NCBI GenBank assembly: GCA_013375475.1
Contig: JABXKD010000018.1
Coordinates: forward strand, 306-49,128
Source of the DNA: Promethearchaeota archaeon
GTDB lineage: Archaea; Asgardarchaeota; Lokiarchaeia; Sigyniarchaeales; SOKP01
DNA: 48,823 nucleotides
Reading direction: 5' to 3'
Shown: positions 10,463 to 19,045 of the stretch, one piece after another
Layout of the letters: each line of letters starts with the position of its first letter
Position numbering within the stretch: position 1 is the first letter of the stretch
Made by a program: the position numbers and the translations under genes
The notes under the pieces: model-generated
What the model saw: only the letters and a program-made list of their open reading frames with translations
Database searches by the model: none
What the model was told of the DNA's origin: nothing

Positions 10463-10533
10463 AACAGAGAGTATAACTAAGGTTTATACCCTTAGTGAAT
10501 TAAATTACTAAAATACTTACATTTTATTAAAAA

Positions 10534-10680
10534 GGATTACACCGGGAGGATCAATTTTTTTAGTTTACATAACGGGGTTTTGTTTTTTCAGTCACGGGGT
10601 TTTAATACTCTCAGTTAGAAAAGTATTAACAAAAACAAGAATTTTTTAGAATCCTCCTTGCAATAATGCTAGTGTAATCC
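10534..10680 (-). ncRNA. Candidate structured non-coding RNA of unknown class
   Basis: Nested stems GGAUUACACU/GGUGUAAUCC and GGAGGAUU/GAUCCUCC with G-U pairs favouring the minus strand. TATA-like TTTTTATTA at -23 to -31 and TTTTT directly after the 3' end. Confidence 0.6.
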
Positions 10681-10769
10681 AATAAAGTATAAGTTGATAC
10701 TCTAATAAAAATCTATCCTTATTCGAAAATTTTTTTAGAATTTTTTTTGAACTAAAATATTATTTTTAG

Positions 10770-10793
10770 AAAATAGCCCGGCACGGAATTTCG
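10770..10793 (-). repeat. Degenerate direct repeat of the tRNA-Gln 3' end (att-like scar)
   Basis: aaaatagcccggcacggaatttcga versus aaaatagcccagcacggattcga at 10948-10970. Confidence 0.75.
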
Positions 10794-10951
10794 ATGAATG
10801 AAGCAAATTCATTAATATTTAATGAGTTATAACATAGAAAATTTGAGGAAATTCTTAAAGTCTCAATTTATAGGAGATGATCTATACTGGTGATGATTGG
10901 CAATATTAAAGAACTGGATAAGCCTCAAATTGCAAAATAGAAGAGTAAAAA

Positions 10952-11024
10952 TAGCCCAGCACGGATTCGAACCGTGGTCGCGGGGTTCAGGGCCCCACAT
11001 GCTTGACCGCTACACTACTGGGCT
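10952..11024 (-). tRNA. tRNA-Gln (CTG)
   Basis: AGCCCAG/CTGGGCT plus A acceptor (archaeal Gln A1-U72), anticodon arm TGGGG-CCCTGAA-CCCCG, T arm CACGG-TTCGAAT-CCGTG. Confidence 0.95.
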
Positions 11025-11090
11025 TCAGATAAAATATGAAAAATCATCCGTGAGGTTAATATTAAAAGTATTTGGTAATATTAATATAGT

Positions 11091-11369
11091 ATGGAAAAGC
11101 AAACTATCCAAGATGAAAAAGTTCACGCTTATAATAATCTGATTGATGAGGGCAAGAATTTAGAAGAAATCTTGGCAATGCTTGAAAGGGCGTATAGCAA
11201 AGTTATAAAAACCGAGATAAATCAAGACGATAAAAAAAAGTTTTACGATTTTATCCAATCGGTTTATTACAAAAGAGACGCACTATTTATAAAAGCACAA
11301 ACGATAATGAAAGAAATAGGAAGATATAATAAAAGAAAACTTAAGAATGAAAGAAATAAAGAGATTTAG
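11091..11369 (+). CDS. Hypothetical helical protein
   Basis: 92-aa ATG ORF, charged amphipathic helices, no recognised motif. Confidence 0.6.
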   Translation: MEKQTIQDEKVHAYNNLIDEGKNLEEILAMLERAYSKVIKTEINQDDKKKFYDFIQSVYYKRDALFIKAQTIMKEIGRYNKRKLKNERNKEI

Positions 11370-11441
11370 TCTGAAAATTGATCATATAAATTTATTATTA
11401 ATTATAATCTTAACTGTTTTTAATGATTTAAAACAGTAGAT

Positions 11442-11798
11442 TTATCCCGTCCTTTTAATAACATGATATCCAAACTTAGATTTAACTGGTTGAGAGATTT
11501 CACCGATTTTTAATTTAGTACAAGCATTCCAGAATTCAGGGACCATATCGCCTTTAGAAAATTCTCCGAGGTTTCCTCCCTTTTTTTTACTCGAACATGT
11601 GGAAAATTGGCGTGCTAAATTTTCAAAATTTTCCCCTGCTTGTAAATCTTCATATAATTCTTGTGCTTTACTAAACTTCTCAACTAACACATGACTCGCT
11701 TTAATTTTTCCAGCTCGAATAGGTGTCCCTCCTGCTTTTGAACTTTTCGAAGAAGTTCCTTTACTTACATACCCCTTACCATATTTATTTTTTCCCAT
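11442..11798 (-). CDS. Parvulin (PpiC-type) peptidyl-prolyl isomerase with basic N-terminal tail
   Basis: KASHVLV, FENLARQFSTCSS, GGNLGEF, MVPEF and PVKSKFGYHVI motifs. ATG at 11798 preferred as start. Confidence 0.93.
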   Translation of the reverse strand: MGKNKYGKGYVSKGTSSKSSKAGGTPIRAGKIKASHVLVEKFSKAQELYEDLQAGENFENLARQFSTCSSKKKGGNLGEFSKGDMVPEFWNACTKLKIGEISQPVKSKFGYHVIKRTG

Positions 11799-11817
11799 TA
11801 TGAACACTCGATTATAT

Positions 11818-12930
11818 TTATTCTATACCTTTATCCTTTCTTCTTAATTCTGCTCTCTTATCCATAATTTTTAAGAATAACTCCTGGGATGTATCAGGAG
11901 GAATCACTTCTTTTTCTTTCTGGTGCAGATTAATTGCTTGTTCAGGACAACTAACGACACAATTACCGCAACCAATGCATAGTAATTTATCTACAATAGC
12001 ATGATTATTGTCTATTTGAATAGCATCCATTAAACATCTTCCAATACATGTCTCGCATCCTATACATAAATCAGCATCAACTTCAGCCAAATAGTTTGAT
12101 GTTATTAGTTCCCATGGACGATCAAGTTTTTTAAGATTAGTTAGTAAATCACAACAAGAACAGCAGCAGCATATATATGATGGTTTTTTAGAATTTCCCG
12201 GTTGAATCACTAATCCTTCTTCTTGAGCTTGTACCAAAATCGAGAATGCTTCATTTTTTGTAATGAGATGGCCGTATCCTCTATTTACAGCATTTACTGC
12301 TGAGTTATCAATTGTAAAACATCGTTCTGACATTGAATTACAAGCTTTATCTAAGAGTTGATAAGCTTTATGACAAATGCATGGAGAAACTGCAATCTTT
12401 TCAGCGTCTTCAAATATTTTCTTCAATTCGTCATATGTGGCAATATTATGTTCAGGAGAAATGCTTTTTTGAACTGGAATCGTTCGAAGTTGATTTATTT
12501 TTGTTCGTGCAAATTCATCTCTGAAGGCTTCCTCCATATATTGTTCAAAATCTTCAAAAAATTCTTTTGTGATTCTTTTTACTTGGTATTCAAACATTCC
12601 TACTGCCAAGGGAAAAAGCTGATAAATATTCTCATCACTACCATCGTCTTTTTTCCGTCTAGCTTTTCTTATCGCTCCCTTTATAAACATTCTTTCTAAT
12701 ATTTTACCTAATTGTTCAAGTGATATTCCTAGTTTCTTCACACGACGGTAAATTTTTTCGATGGGTTCAGGAATATATCTCATGTTCAGTGCAATTTTTA
12801 CTTCTTCAGGAGAAAATAAGAATTTGAGTATTCTTAGTTCAACCCCTGATTCTGTAGCAGGATAACCGATAGGTAGTGTATCAAGATGCTCCTGTAATTT
12901 TCTGTAATTCTCAGATTCTACTTGATTCAA
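11818..12930 (-). CDS. 4Fe-4S dicluster ferredoxin-domain protein with N-terminal HTH-like region
   Basis: YRKLQEHLD..PIGYPATESGVELRIL, CICH, ICCCCSCC and two CxxCxxCxxxC motifs. Start moved to TTG 12930 after a GTGAT SD-like motif. Confidence 0.85.
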   Translation of the reverse strand: MNQVESENYRKLQEHLDTLPIGYPATESGVELRILKFLFSPEEVKIALNMRYIPEPIEKIYRRVKKLGISLEQLGKILERMFIKGAIRKARRKKDDGSDENIYQLFPLAVGMFEYQVKRITKEFFEDFEQYMEEAFRDEFARTKINQLRTIPVQKSISPEHNIATYDELKKIFEDAEKIAVSPCICHKAYQLLDKACNSMSERCFTIDNSAVNAVNRGYGHLITKNEAFSILVQAQEEGLVIQPGNSKKPSYICCCCSCCDLLTNLKKLDRPWELITSNYLAEVDADLCIGCETCIGRCLMDAIQIDNNHAIVDKLLCIGCGNCVVSCPEQAINLHQKEKEVIPPDTSQELFLKIMDKRAELRRKDKGIE

Positions 12931-13058
12931 TTTTCTAATCACTTTTAGTCTCGAATTAATAAGTATACTAATAGGAATTAAATAAGGAGTCAAAATTAAT
13001 TTTATGTTTATGGATTTATAAAAAATTAGAAATATTAAGAAAATGAACAAAGAAATAT

Positions 13059-13475
13059 TTAATTTATAATTAGGTATCGAAAATTCTTTAATTCTTTAAT
13101 TCCATTTATTTCCACTACGATACTTTGAAACTCCTGAATCTCCCCTTCAAATATCATAAAAATTATAAGGTTTTCGCCTTGGAAGTGTTGATTCTTGTTT
13201 ACAACTTGCTCTTTATATCTATTCTCTATTTTATTCAATTTTCTCTGTACGGTTGGATCGTGTGGAGCAACGATTATCAAATTACCAACAATTCTTTTAG
13301 CTATTGTGCCTAAATCTCCATAAGTTTCCAGACTAGAGATTTCAATATCCGACATTAGCCGCAAGAGAGCATCTCTTATCAACTTGGATTTATTTTCATA
13401 TTGATTTCTGGAAACTAATTTATTAATAAATTGCTTTAAACTTTCATTAATAGAAAAACTGATTATAGGACTCAT
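13059..13475 (-). CDS. NikR-like ribbon-helix-helix plus ACT-like regulator
   Basis: IISFSINESL...YENKSKLIRDAL RHH motif and an ACT-like C-terminal domain. Most NikR His/Cys ligands are absent. Confidence 0.75.
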   Translation of the reverse strand: MSPIISFSINESLKQFINKLVSRNQYENKSKLIRDALLRLMSDIEISSLETYGDLGTIAKRIVGNLIIVAPHDPTVQRKLNKIENRYKEQVVNKNQHFQGENLIIFMIFEGEIQEFQSIVVEINGIKELKNFRYLIIN

Positions 13476-13551
13476 CTGAATACTTAACTCTTCTTACTTA
13501 TTACTAATATAAATTCATCACTACACTTATAAATATTTTCAGCAAAGAAAG

Positions 13552-15924
13552 CTATAATTTAATGGCTCGACTAATGACATTATTGAACTTTTCAATATCG
13601 TTAACTAATTTATCAGCGTGCTCATCACTGATTTTATCGTCTTTGCCATACTTATTCAACTCTGTCAACCAATATTCAATTCTTCCTAAGATAGCTTCGT
13701 TATCTCCTAGAATTTTTCTTACTCTTACAAAAGTATCATGTAATTTATTACGAATATTTTGTGCTTTCCATCGTAACATACAATAATCCGAGACTTCAGC
13801 AAGATTCTGAGTTATAGCCATTACATCAATGGTTCTTTCCCTTTCTTCCGATTTAATCTTCCGGATTATATTTATCTGTTCGAACAATAATTCAATGACC
13901 TTTGCTAGGAATCCTGTAAGTTGTCCTGGATTTCCACACCAAACTCTTACTTCTAACGACTGACTCGTCTCGGAGACGTAAACTCTTGTGATTATTCTCC
14001 CGCCTGTTACTTTTGCTTCTGCACAAAACCAAGCTTCCGCTTCGTAGTTTCCTTTGGCGTCAGAACCTTCATGGGAAGTAACAGCGCTAGTATCAAAATT
14101 TTTCAAAGTACGAATTGCTGCTCTGAACGCCAATCGAGGATCTAAATCAGCGATTAAAAATGCGCGTGCATCATTTCCTAGCGTTTGAATTGCAGTTTGA
14201 CAGTCCTCTATAGTGCTCATCGAGGTGCAAACCAAGGGGCATTTAATTTGGATTTCTTTTTTCCTTATGTGAAGCGTGTGTTTAGTGCCTTGGGCATCCT
14301 TGTAGATAACATCGCCTCCAACATTGGAGATTCCGCATTGTTTTGGCTCAAGGTAAAAATCTACACCTCTACTATTGTTAGCCTCAATTACGGGAATATT
14401 AATTAACGGTTGTTTGAGTTTATAGCTTGAAGGAGCGTCTAGAATTACTTTAACATTATTTATTGCCATAGTGCTTAAGTTACGAACGGCAATTTTCATG
14501 TGTACTTGCCCGCCTTCAAAATCATAGTCCCTCACAACTTCAATTTTACCTTCTTCAACAGTTTCAGCCTTTTTCTGTTTTGCCCGAGGTGATTCTGTTG
14601 TGGTGCGAGGAACGCTATATGCGGTAAACATTCTTTTTCCTAAATCGATATACCCATCAATATCTCCATTTCCAATTAATTGGGCAAGATGTTCCTCTAT
14701 GCTTGACTCGGTCACACCCAATCGATTTGATAACTCTCTTAAAGGCATTGTTCTATAAGCCCTAGCAATCTCTTTTATTTTTGTTTCCAGATATTTGCGG
14801 GTCATAAATTCCCTACGCTGAGTAAAGAGTCCTTTTACTTTTCCAGATTTAATAAGTTCGTGAAGGCTTTTTCTCGCTAATTCTACTGCGATTTTGAGTT
14901 TTTTGGCTAGGTTAGATAATTCAAATAATCCTACTTCTTTAGAATATTGCTTTATTTCTTTGTAAATTTTGTCTGAAGTGATAATTTCGTTTCCACGATC
15001 TGCAAAAAATCCGTTAATGGTATTTAATCTCATTAAATTAACGCAAAAAGATTTTGCTAACTCTGTGGGGATATCAAAAACTTCGGAAAGTTTAACTAGT
15101 GAAATTCTTCCCTTTTTATTGATTTCTTCCACTAAACGATCCATTATATATTTTTGAGAATAATAAAACTGTTTTGTTTGTGAAAACGAGCCTTTAATTT
15201 GGAATTGACTAAGTAATTTGTAGATAACTTTGATCGCAGCTTCAGAACTCATATCAAGCATTACCGCCAGATCTGGTACTTTTATAATTCCTTCATTTTG
15301 AATCTTTGAAAGAATTTTCTCCCGGATTTCATAGGAGATATAGAAAAATATCTGGTTTTTCTGATCAACTATGCCGTATATTCGATCTTCGTCAATATAT
15401 TGATTTATTAATTTTACCATCTGTTGAGCATTTATTTTAAATGATTCTATAATTGTTGAGAAATTTGTAATTGGGGCTCTTTTCAGAAATTCTAAAAAAC
15501 AATTTGGGCAAATATCCTTTCCAATTATCCTTTTCAACGTTCTACGACATAAATTGAGCCTATAACCTTGAATCAAGTTATATTTTGTCGCTTCTCTAGC
15601 TAATTGCTCTTTAGTAGGAAAAAACAATCCCGGAGATTTTGAGTAAGAGTTCCAACTACATGTTTCATCAATGCACTCTAAATAGTATTGGCCAGAGGAC
15701 AATCTCTCTAGTCTTAAAAGGGATTTACACTCTGGGCATTTGCTATTCTCGATAACTGTGCACTTATAAAATTTTTCAGCAGCACTTGCTTTTGAATAGT
15801 GTAACTCATGCTTCTTACAAAGCCAACTTTCTGTAGTTGCCATATGGTGGATGCAAAAACTCGAATTGCATTTCTCACACGTAAATGAGATGTTTTTGTT
15901 TTCGCAGAATTTGCAATCAACCAT
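13552..15924 (-). CDS. Multidomain protein: Zn fingers, tandem winged-helix (PCI-like) repeats, Ig-like plus platform domain, helical tail
   Basis: Cys/His clusters in the first ~150 aa, about five L..L...L....G.I.G repeats, then a beta-sandwich and an alpha/beta domain. ATG at 15924 follows GGAG. Confidence 0.85.
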   Translation of the reverse strand: MVDCKFCENKNISFTCEKCNSSFCIHHMATTESWLCKKHELHYSKASAAEKFYKCTVIENSKCPECKSLLRLERLSSGQYYLECIDETCSWNSYSKSPGLFFPTKEQLAREATKYNLIQGYRLNLCRRTLKRIIGKDICPNCFLEFLKRAPITNFSTIIESFKINAQQMVKLINQYIDEDRIYGIVDQKNQIFFYISYEIREKILSKIQNEGIIKVPDLAVMLDMSSEAAIKVIYKLLSQFQIKGSFSQTKQFYYSQKYIMDRLVEEINKKGRISLVKLSEVFDIPTELAKSFCVNLMRLNTINGFFADRGNEIITSDKIYKEIKQYSKEVGLFELSNLAKKLKIAVELARKSLHELIKSGKVKGLFTQRREFMTRKYLETKIKEIARAYRTMPLRELSNRLGVTESSIEEHLAQLIGNGDIDGYIDLGKRMFTAYSVPRTTTESPRAKQKKAETVEEGKIEVVRDYDFEGGQVHMKIAVRNLSTMAINNVKVILDAPSSYKLKQPLINIPVIEANNSRGVDFYLEPKQCGISNVGGDVIYKDAQGTKHTLHIRKKEIQIKCPLVCTSMSTIEDCQTAIQTLGNDARAFLIADLDPRLAFRAAIRTLKNFDTSAVTSHEGSDAKGNYEAEAWFCAEAKVTGGRIITRVYVSETSQSLEVRVWCGNPGQLTGFLAKVIELLFEQINIIRKIKSEERERTIDVMAITQNLAEVSDYCMLRWKAQNIRNKLHDTFVRVRKILGDNEAILGRIEYWLTELNKYGKDDKISDEHADKLVNDIEKFNNVISRAIKL

Positions 15925-16090
15925 TATTCGCTTTTCTCCATTTATCAAATACGAAATAATTAGTATACAATATATATGAAAATACTGATATAAATTATTT
16001 TATGAGACCAATAATGATTCTTTTGAATTATTAATGGGTTTTTAATTTTGTGTTTAAAATCCAAAAAACTATTAATTGCTTTCATAGTAA

Positions 16091-16801
16091 CTATAAACCT
16101 TCTACTGGAAACACAGAAATCCGCAAAAAGGAGAGCAACATAACCACTGTATTGAAGATGATGATGATCAATATCATAATATAGAAAATAGTTTTTTTTC
16201 TGTCTTTTTTTGTCTTCACGATAAGAGAACTACCTTGTTTAGCAAGAGCAAGTGGAAATAATCCCACGAAGGTGCCTAAAGAAAAATAAAATACCACTAA
16301 TAAGCCTTCTATAAATCCATACCCAAGAGAAAACGAAATTGATTGCGAATATATAATTAATTCAAATATACAAGGTGCGAATCCCGCTAAAATTCCAAAA
16401 AAATAAGGAGTTTTCTTTAGTTCCCAATCTAAACTTGCAATATCCTTAAAATATTTGGAATGAGGCATATAATCCCTTCTTGTGATGAAAAAAAGAAGAA
16501 ATATCCCCGCAAACATAGAAGTGAAAGCCCCAAAAAAGTTTACAATGTATGGGTCAGGATCATAAGCGGGAAAGACAAATCGAGGCACTTGTGTAATAAA
16601 TACTGATATAGATGCAATGATCATATTAGCACTAATTAAACCCAATCCATATAATGCCAGTATATATATGCTCTTCTTAGGAGTTTTAGCGATGCCAAAC
16701 GACCAAAAGAAGAAGATGGCTTTGTCTTCGCAAGGGATGGCTGTGTGGAGGATTCCTAATAAAAATGCTGGCATTAAAATGAAGAAATATTCTTGAACCA
16801 T
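16091..16801 (-). CDS. Membrane protein of DsbD/UreH/NicO-like (LysE superfamily) type
   Basis: About six TM helices with LGILHTAIPCEDK and GFAPCIFE motifs. ATG at 16801 preferred as start. Confidence 0.6.
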   Translation of the reverse strand: MVQEYFFILMPAFLLGILHTAIPCEDKAIFFFWSFGIAKTPKKSIYILALYGLGLISANMIIASISVFITQVPRFVFPAYDPDPYIVNFFGAFTSMFAGIFLLFFITRRDYMPHSKYFKDIASLDWELKKTPYFFGILAGFAPCIFELIIYSQSISFSLGYGFIEGLLVVFYFSLGTFVGLFPLALAKQGSSLIVKTKKDRKKTIFYIMILIIIIFNTVVMLLSFLRISVFPVEGL

Positions 16802-16964
16802 TTTTATTTCAAAGTGTCTTTTGGTTTCGTTTATTATTTTTAATATTCTATATTTCATGTAAAATGTAGGATCGAAATTATTTAACTTTAATCATTACTT
16901 GCTAAACTGAGAATTATAGTAGGCTAGAACTTATTTAAATTGTGAATGATAAATTTATTTCTTG

Positions 16965-18257
16965 TTAATTTACTCCATTATTTTGCTTTTTTAAACAGTA
17001 CCTACTAACTCCTATAAAAATTAGAATTAAAAAGAGGGTTGATGCAAAATTAAAAGGAAAATATGGCAAGGTTAACCAAATTACACCTGTGAAAACAAGA
17101 CTAAAGAAGTTTAAAAAGAAAAAACTAGGTTTTATGTATTTTCTGGTTATTTCTGAACTTCTCGGTAAAGTAAACATAGTTAAAATCAATAATGGCGTTA
17201 TTTGGAGTATATGATGATCCCATGTATCAAAATAAGCGAGAAACATAATCAAGATTCCAAAAAGATATCCAATTATCAAAGTGTTTACATGAGATCTTCT
17301 GAATATGTAGAAAATAAAACCCAAGACTCCAGTAATAAGAAGCACTCCAAGGAAAATAGGTAATACGCTTATCTCTTCTGAAGGAACTCCAAAGTATAAG
17401 AACATATTTGAAATTATTTTCGTAATACTAAATGAATGGTTTAAAAGCACAGTCTCAGAACCAGTAAAATTAGTGTTTAAAAATCCATCTAACAAATTAG
17501 GATACACTAAAAACATAATTAGATTTAATGATAATGGGAGCGCAACCCCTACTATTCTTATAACGCTTTTGGTAAATTTGAAAGTAATTTTCTTCTTTTC
17601 AAAATTATAACCAATTATTATTATAAAGGGAATCATGAATAGAGTCGTAGGTTTAATTATAATGCTTATCCCTAAGATCACACTTGCTATGAATTGTCTT
17701 TTATTATCCGAGTATTTAATAAAAATAAACAAAGATAATAGAATGAGTAACGTAACATACAAATTGATTTGTCCAAGAATATAGTTAAATAATTGGGGTA
17801 AACCGATTATGTAAAGGCAAATATATAGGATTACCCTTCTATCTTCCCTCTCATGATCAGTTCCTCTAACCAATATAACGATTTTGTAAAGGATCATCGA
17901 GATTATTATATTTAGAATCAAATTAATTAGGTTAAATATGATAAATCCTAACTCAAATCCCATCAAATAGTAAGGTACGAACATAATTGCTGATAATGGA
18001 AAATATCTAAAAGGCCAAATGTCAATGTAATTTAATGGGTTATAAAGATTGTTTGGATCGTTTACAAAAATCTCTCCTACTCTGTAATATACATAAAAAT
18101 CGCTCTGGGATCTAAATACAAATAAAGTGATAAGAGTTGAAAAGATAAAGAAAAAAATTTGAAGTAAGACACTATATCTAAAAATCTTAAGTTTCCAAAG
18201 TTCTGCTAAACGCGGTTTAAATCTACTTATGATTCTTTTTAATTCGAGCTTAGTCAT
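16965..18257 (-). CDS. GT87/DUF2029-like GT-C membrane glycosyltransferase
   Basis: DFYVYY..G, PFRYFPLSA, LGQIN, IIKPT and WDHH motifs; polytopic. Confidence 0.85.
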   Translation of the reverse strand: MTKLELKRIISRFKPRLAELWKLKIFRYSVLLQIFFFIFSTLITLFVFRSQSDFYVYYRVGEIFVNDPNNLYNPLNYIDIWPFRYFPLSAIMFVPYYLMGFELGFIIFNLINLILNIIISMILYKIVILVRGTDHEREDRRVILYICLYIIGLPQLFNYILGQINLYVTLLILLSLFIFIKYSDNKRQFIASVILGISIIIKPTTLFMIPFIIIIGYNFEKKKITFKFTKSVIRIVGVALPLSLNLIMFLVYPNLLDGFLNTNFTGSETVLLNHSFSITKIISNMFLYFGVPSEEISVLPIFLGVLLITGVLGFIFYIFRRSHVNTLIIGYLFGILIMFLAYFDTWDHHILQITPLLILTMFTLPRSSEITRKYIKPSFFFLNFFSLVFTGVIWLTLPYFPFNFASTLFLILIFIGVSRYCLKKQNNGVN

Positions 18258-19045
18258 TTTGATCTATTTATAGATTCATTATTTCTTTGTTTTTTGACAT
18301 ATAAAATTATTGCGATAAAAAATGCTCCTATTAAACCTAGGGTTGCGGGTAATACATAAATGGGTAAAGATTCCAACTCAATATCGATTACGACTACATT
18401 TCCGCTTGTATATAATTTAAAGGTGCTTAAAATCCCATCGATGTTGTAGAATGCAATTATTAATATTCTTTCTGAAGGATAATCTGGCTGTAGAAAGTCC
18501 TTATCAATTTCTACATTAAGAGTTGGTAAAACGCGATTATCGATATCATACATACTGCTTAATTTTAGAGAGCCTATGTATTCACTAATTGGAACCGGGA
18601 ACCAGAATGGTACAAACGGAATAACATTCAACAAAGTATACTCAGTAGGGTATTGACTTGTGTCATCTAAATGGGTGAATTCTACATTATAATCGTAAGG
18701 ACCCCAATTTTCTTCATTACTCCACATCCAAATGTCAACATTTGCATATAATATTGTTGAATTTATAGATGAATTTTGTCGCCAACCATTTCCATTAATT
18801 TGCCATTTCATTCTTTTCCCTTGACTCAAGTTTTCAAATAAACCTACTCTACTCCAGTTTTCTCCAAATAAATCATTCATTTTATTATTATCACATACAT
18901 GGCAATTCCAAATTAATTCATCATTTATTTCAAAACCAAATTCATAATAATAAATCTTAGACGCAATTACATCTGAAGTAGAACTAATTAATGAAGTTGA
19001 GATAATAAAGATGATAGCGTAAAGATTTTTATCTCTAGTATTCAT
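18254..19045 (-). CDS. Secreted, C-terminally anchored surface protein
   Basis: N-terminal signal-like stretch, beta-rich Trp/Asn domain with N-x-S/T sequons, C-terminal TM helix followed by KKQR. Confidence 0.75.
   Translation of the reverse strand: MNTRDKNLYAIIFIISTSLISSTSDVIASKIYYYEFGFEINDELIWNCHVCDNNKMNDLFGENWSRVGLFENLSQGKRMKWQINGNGWRQNSSINSTILYANVDIWMWSNEENWGPYDYNVEFTHLDDTSQYPTEYTLLNVIPFVPFWFPVPISEYIGSLKLSSMYDIDNRVLPTLNVEIDKDFLQPDYPSERILIIAFYNIDGILSTFKLYTSGNVVVIDIELESLPIYVLPATLGLIGAFFIAIILYVKKQRNNESINRSK

Noticed and set aside
10572-10603. ORB/replication-origin or telomerase-template reading of the ACGGGGTTTT repeats
   Set aside because: No TCCA..GAAA ORB core, no cdc6/orc1 and no reverse transcriptase in the window; only two copies.
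10897-11142. 81-aa ORF in the track
   Set aside because: It is the antisense reading of tRNA-Gln.
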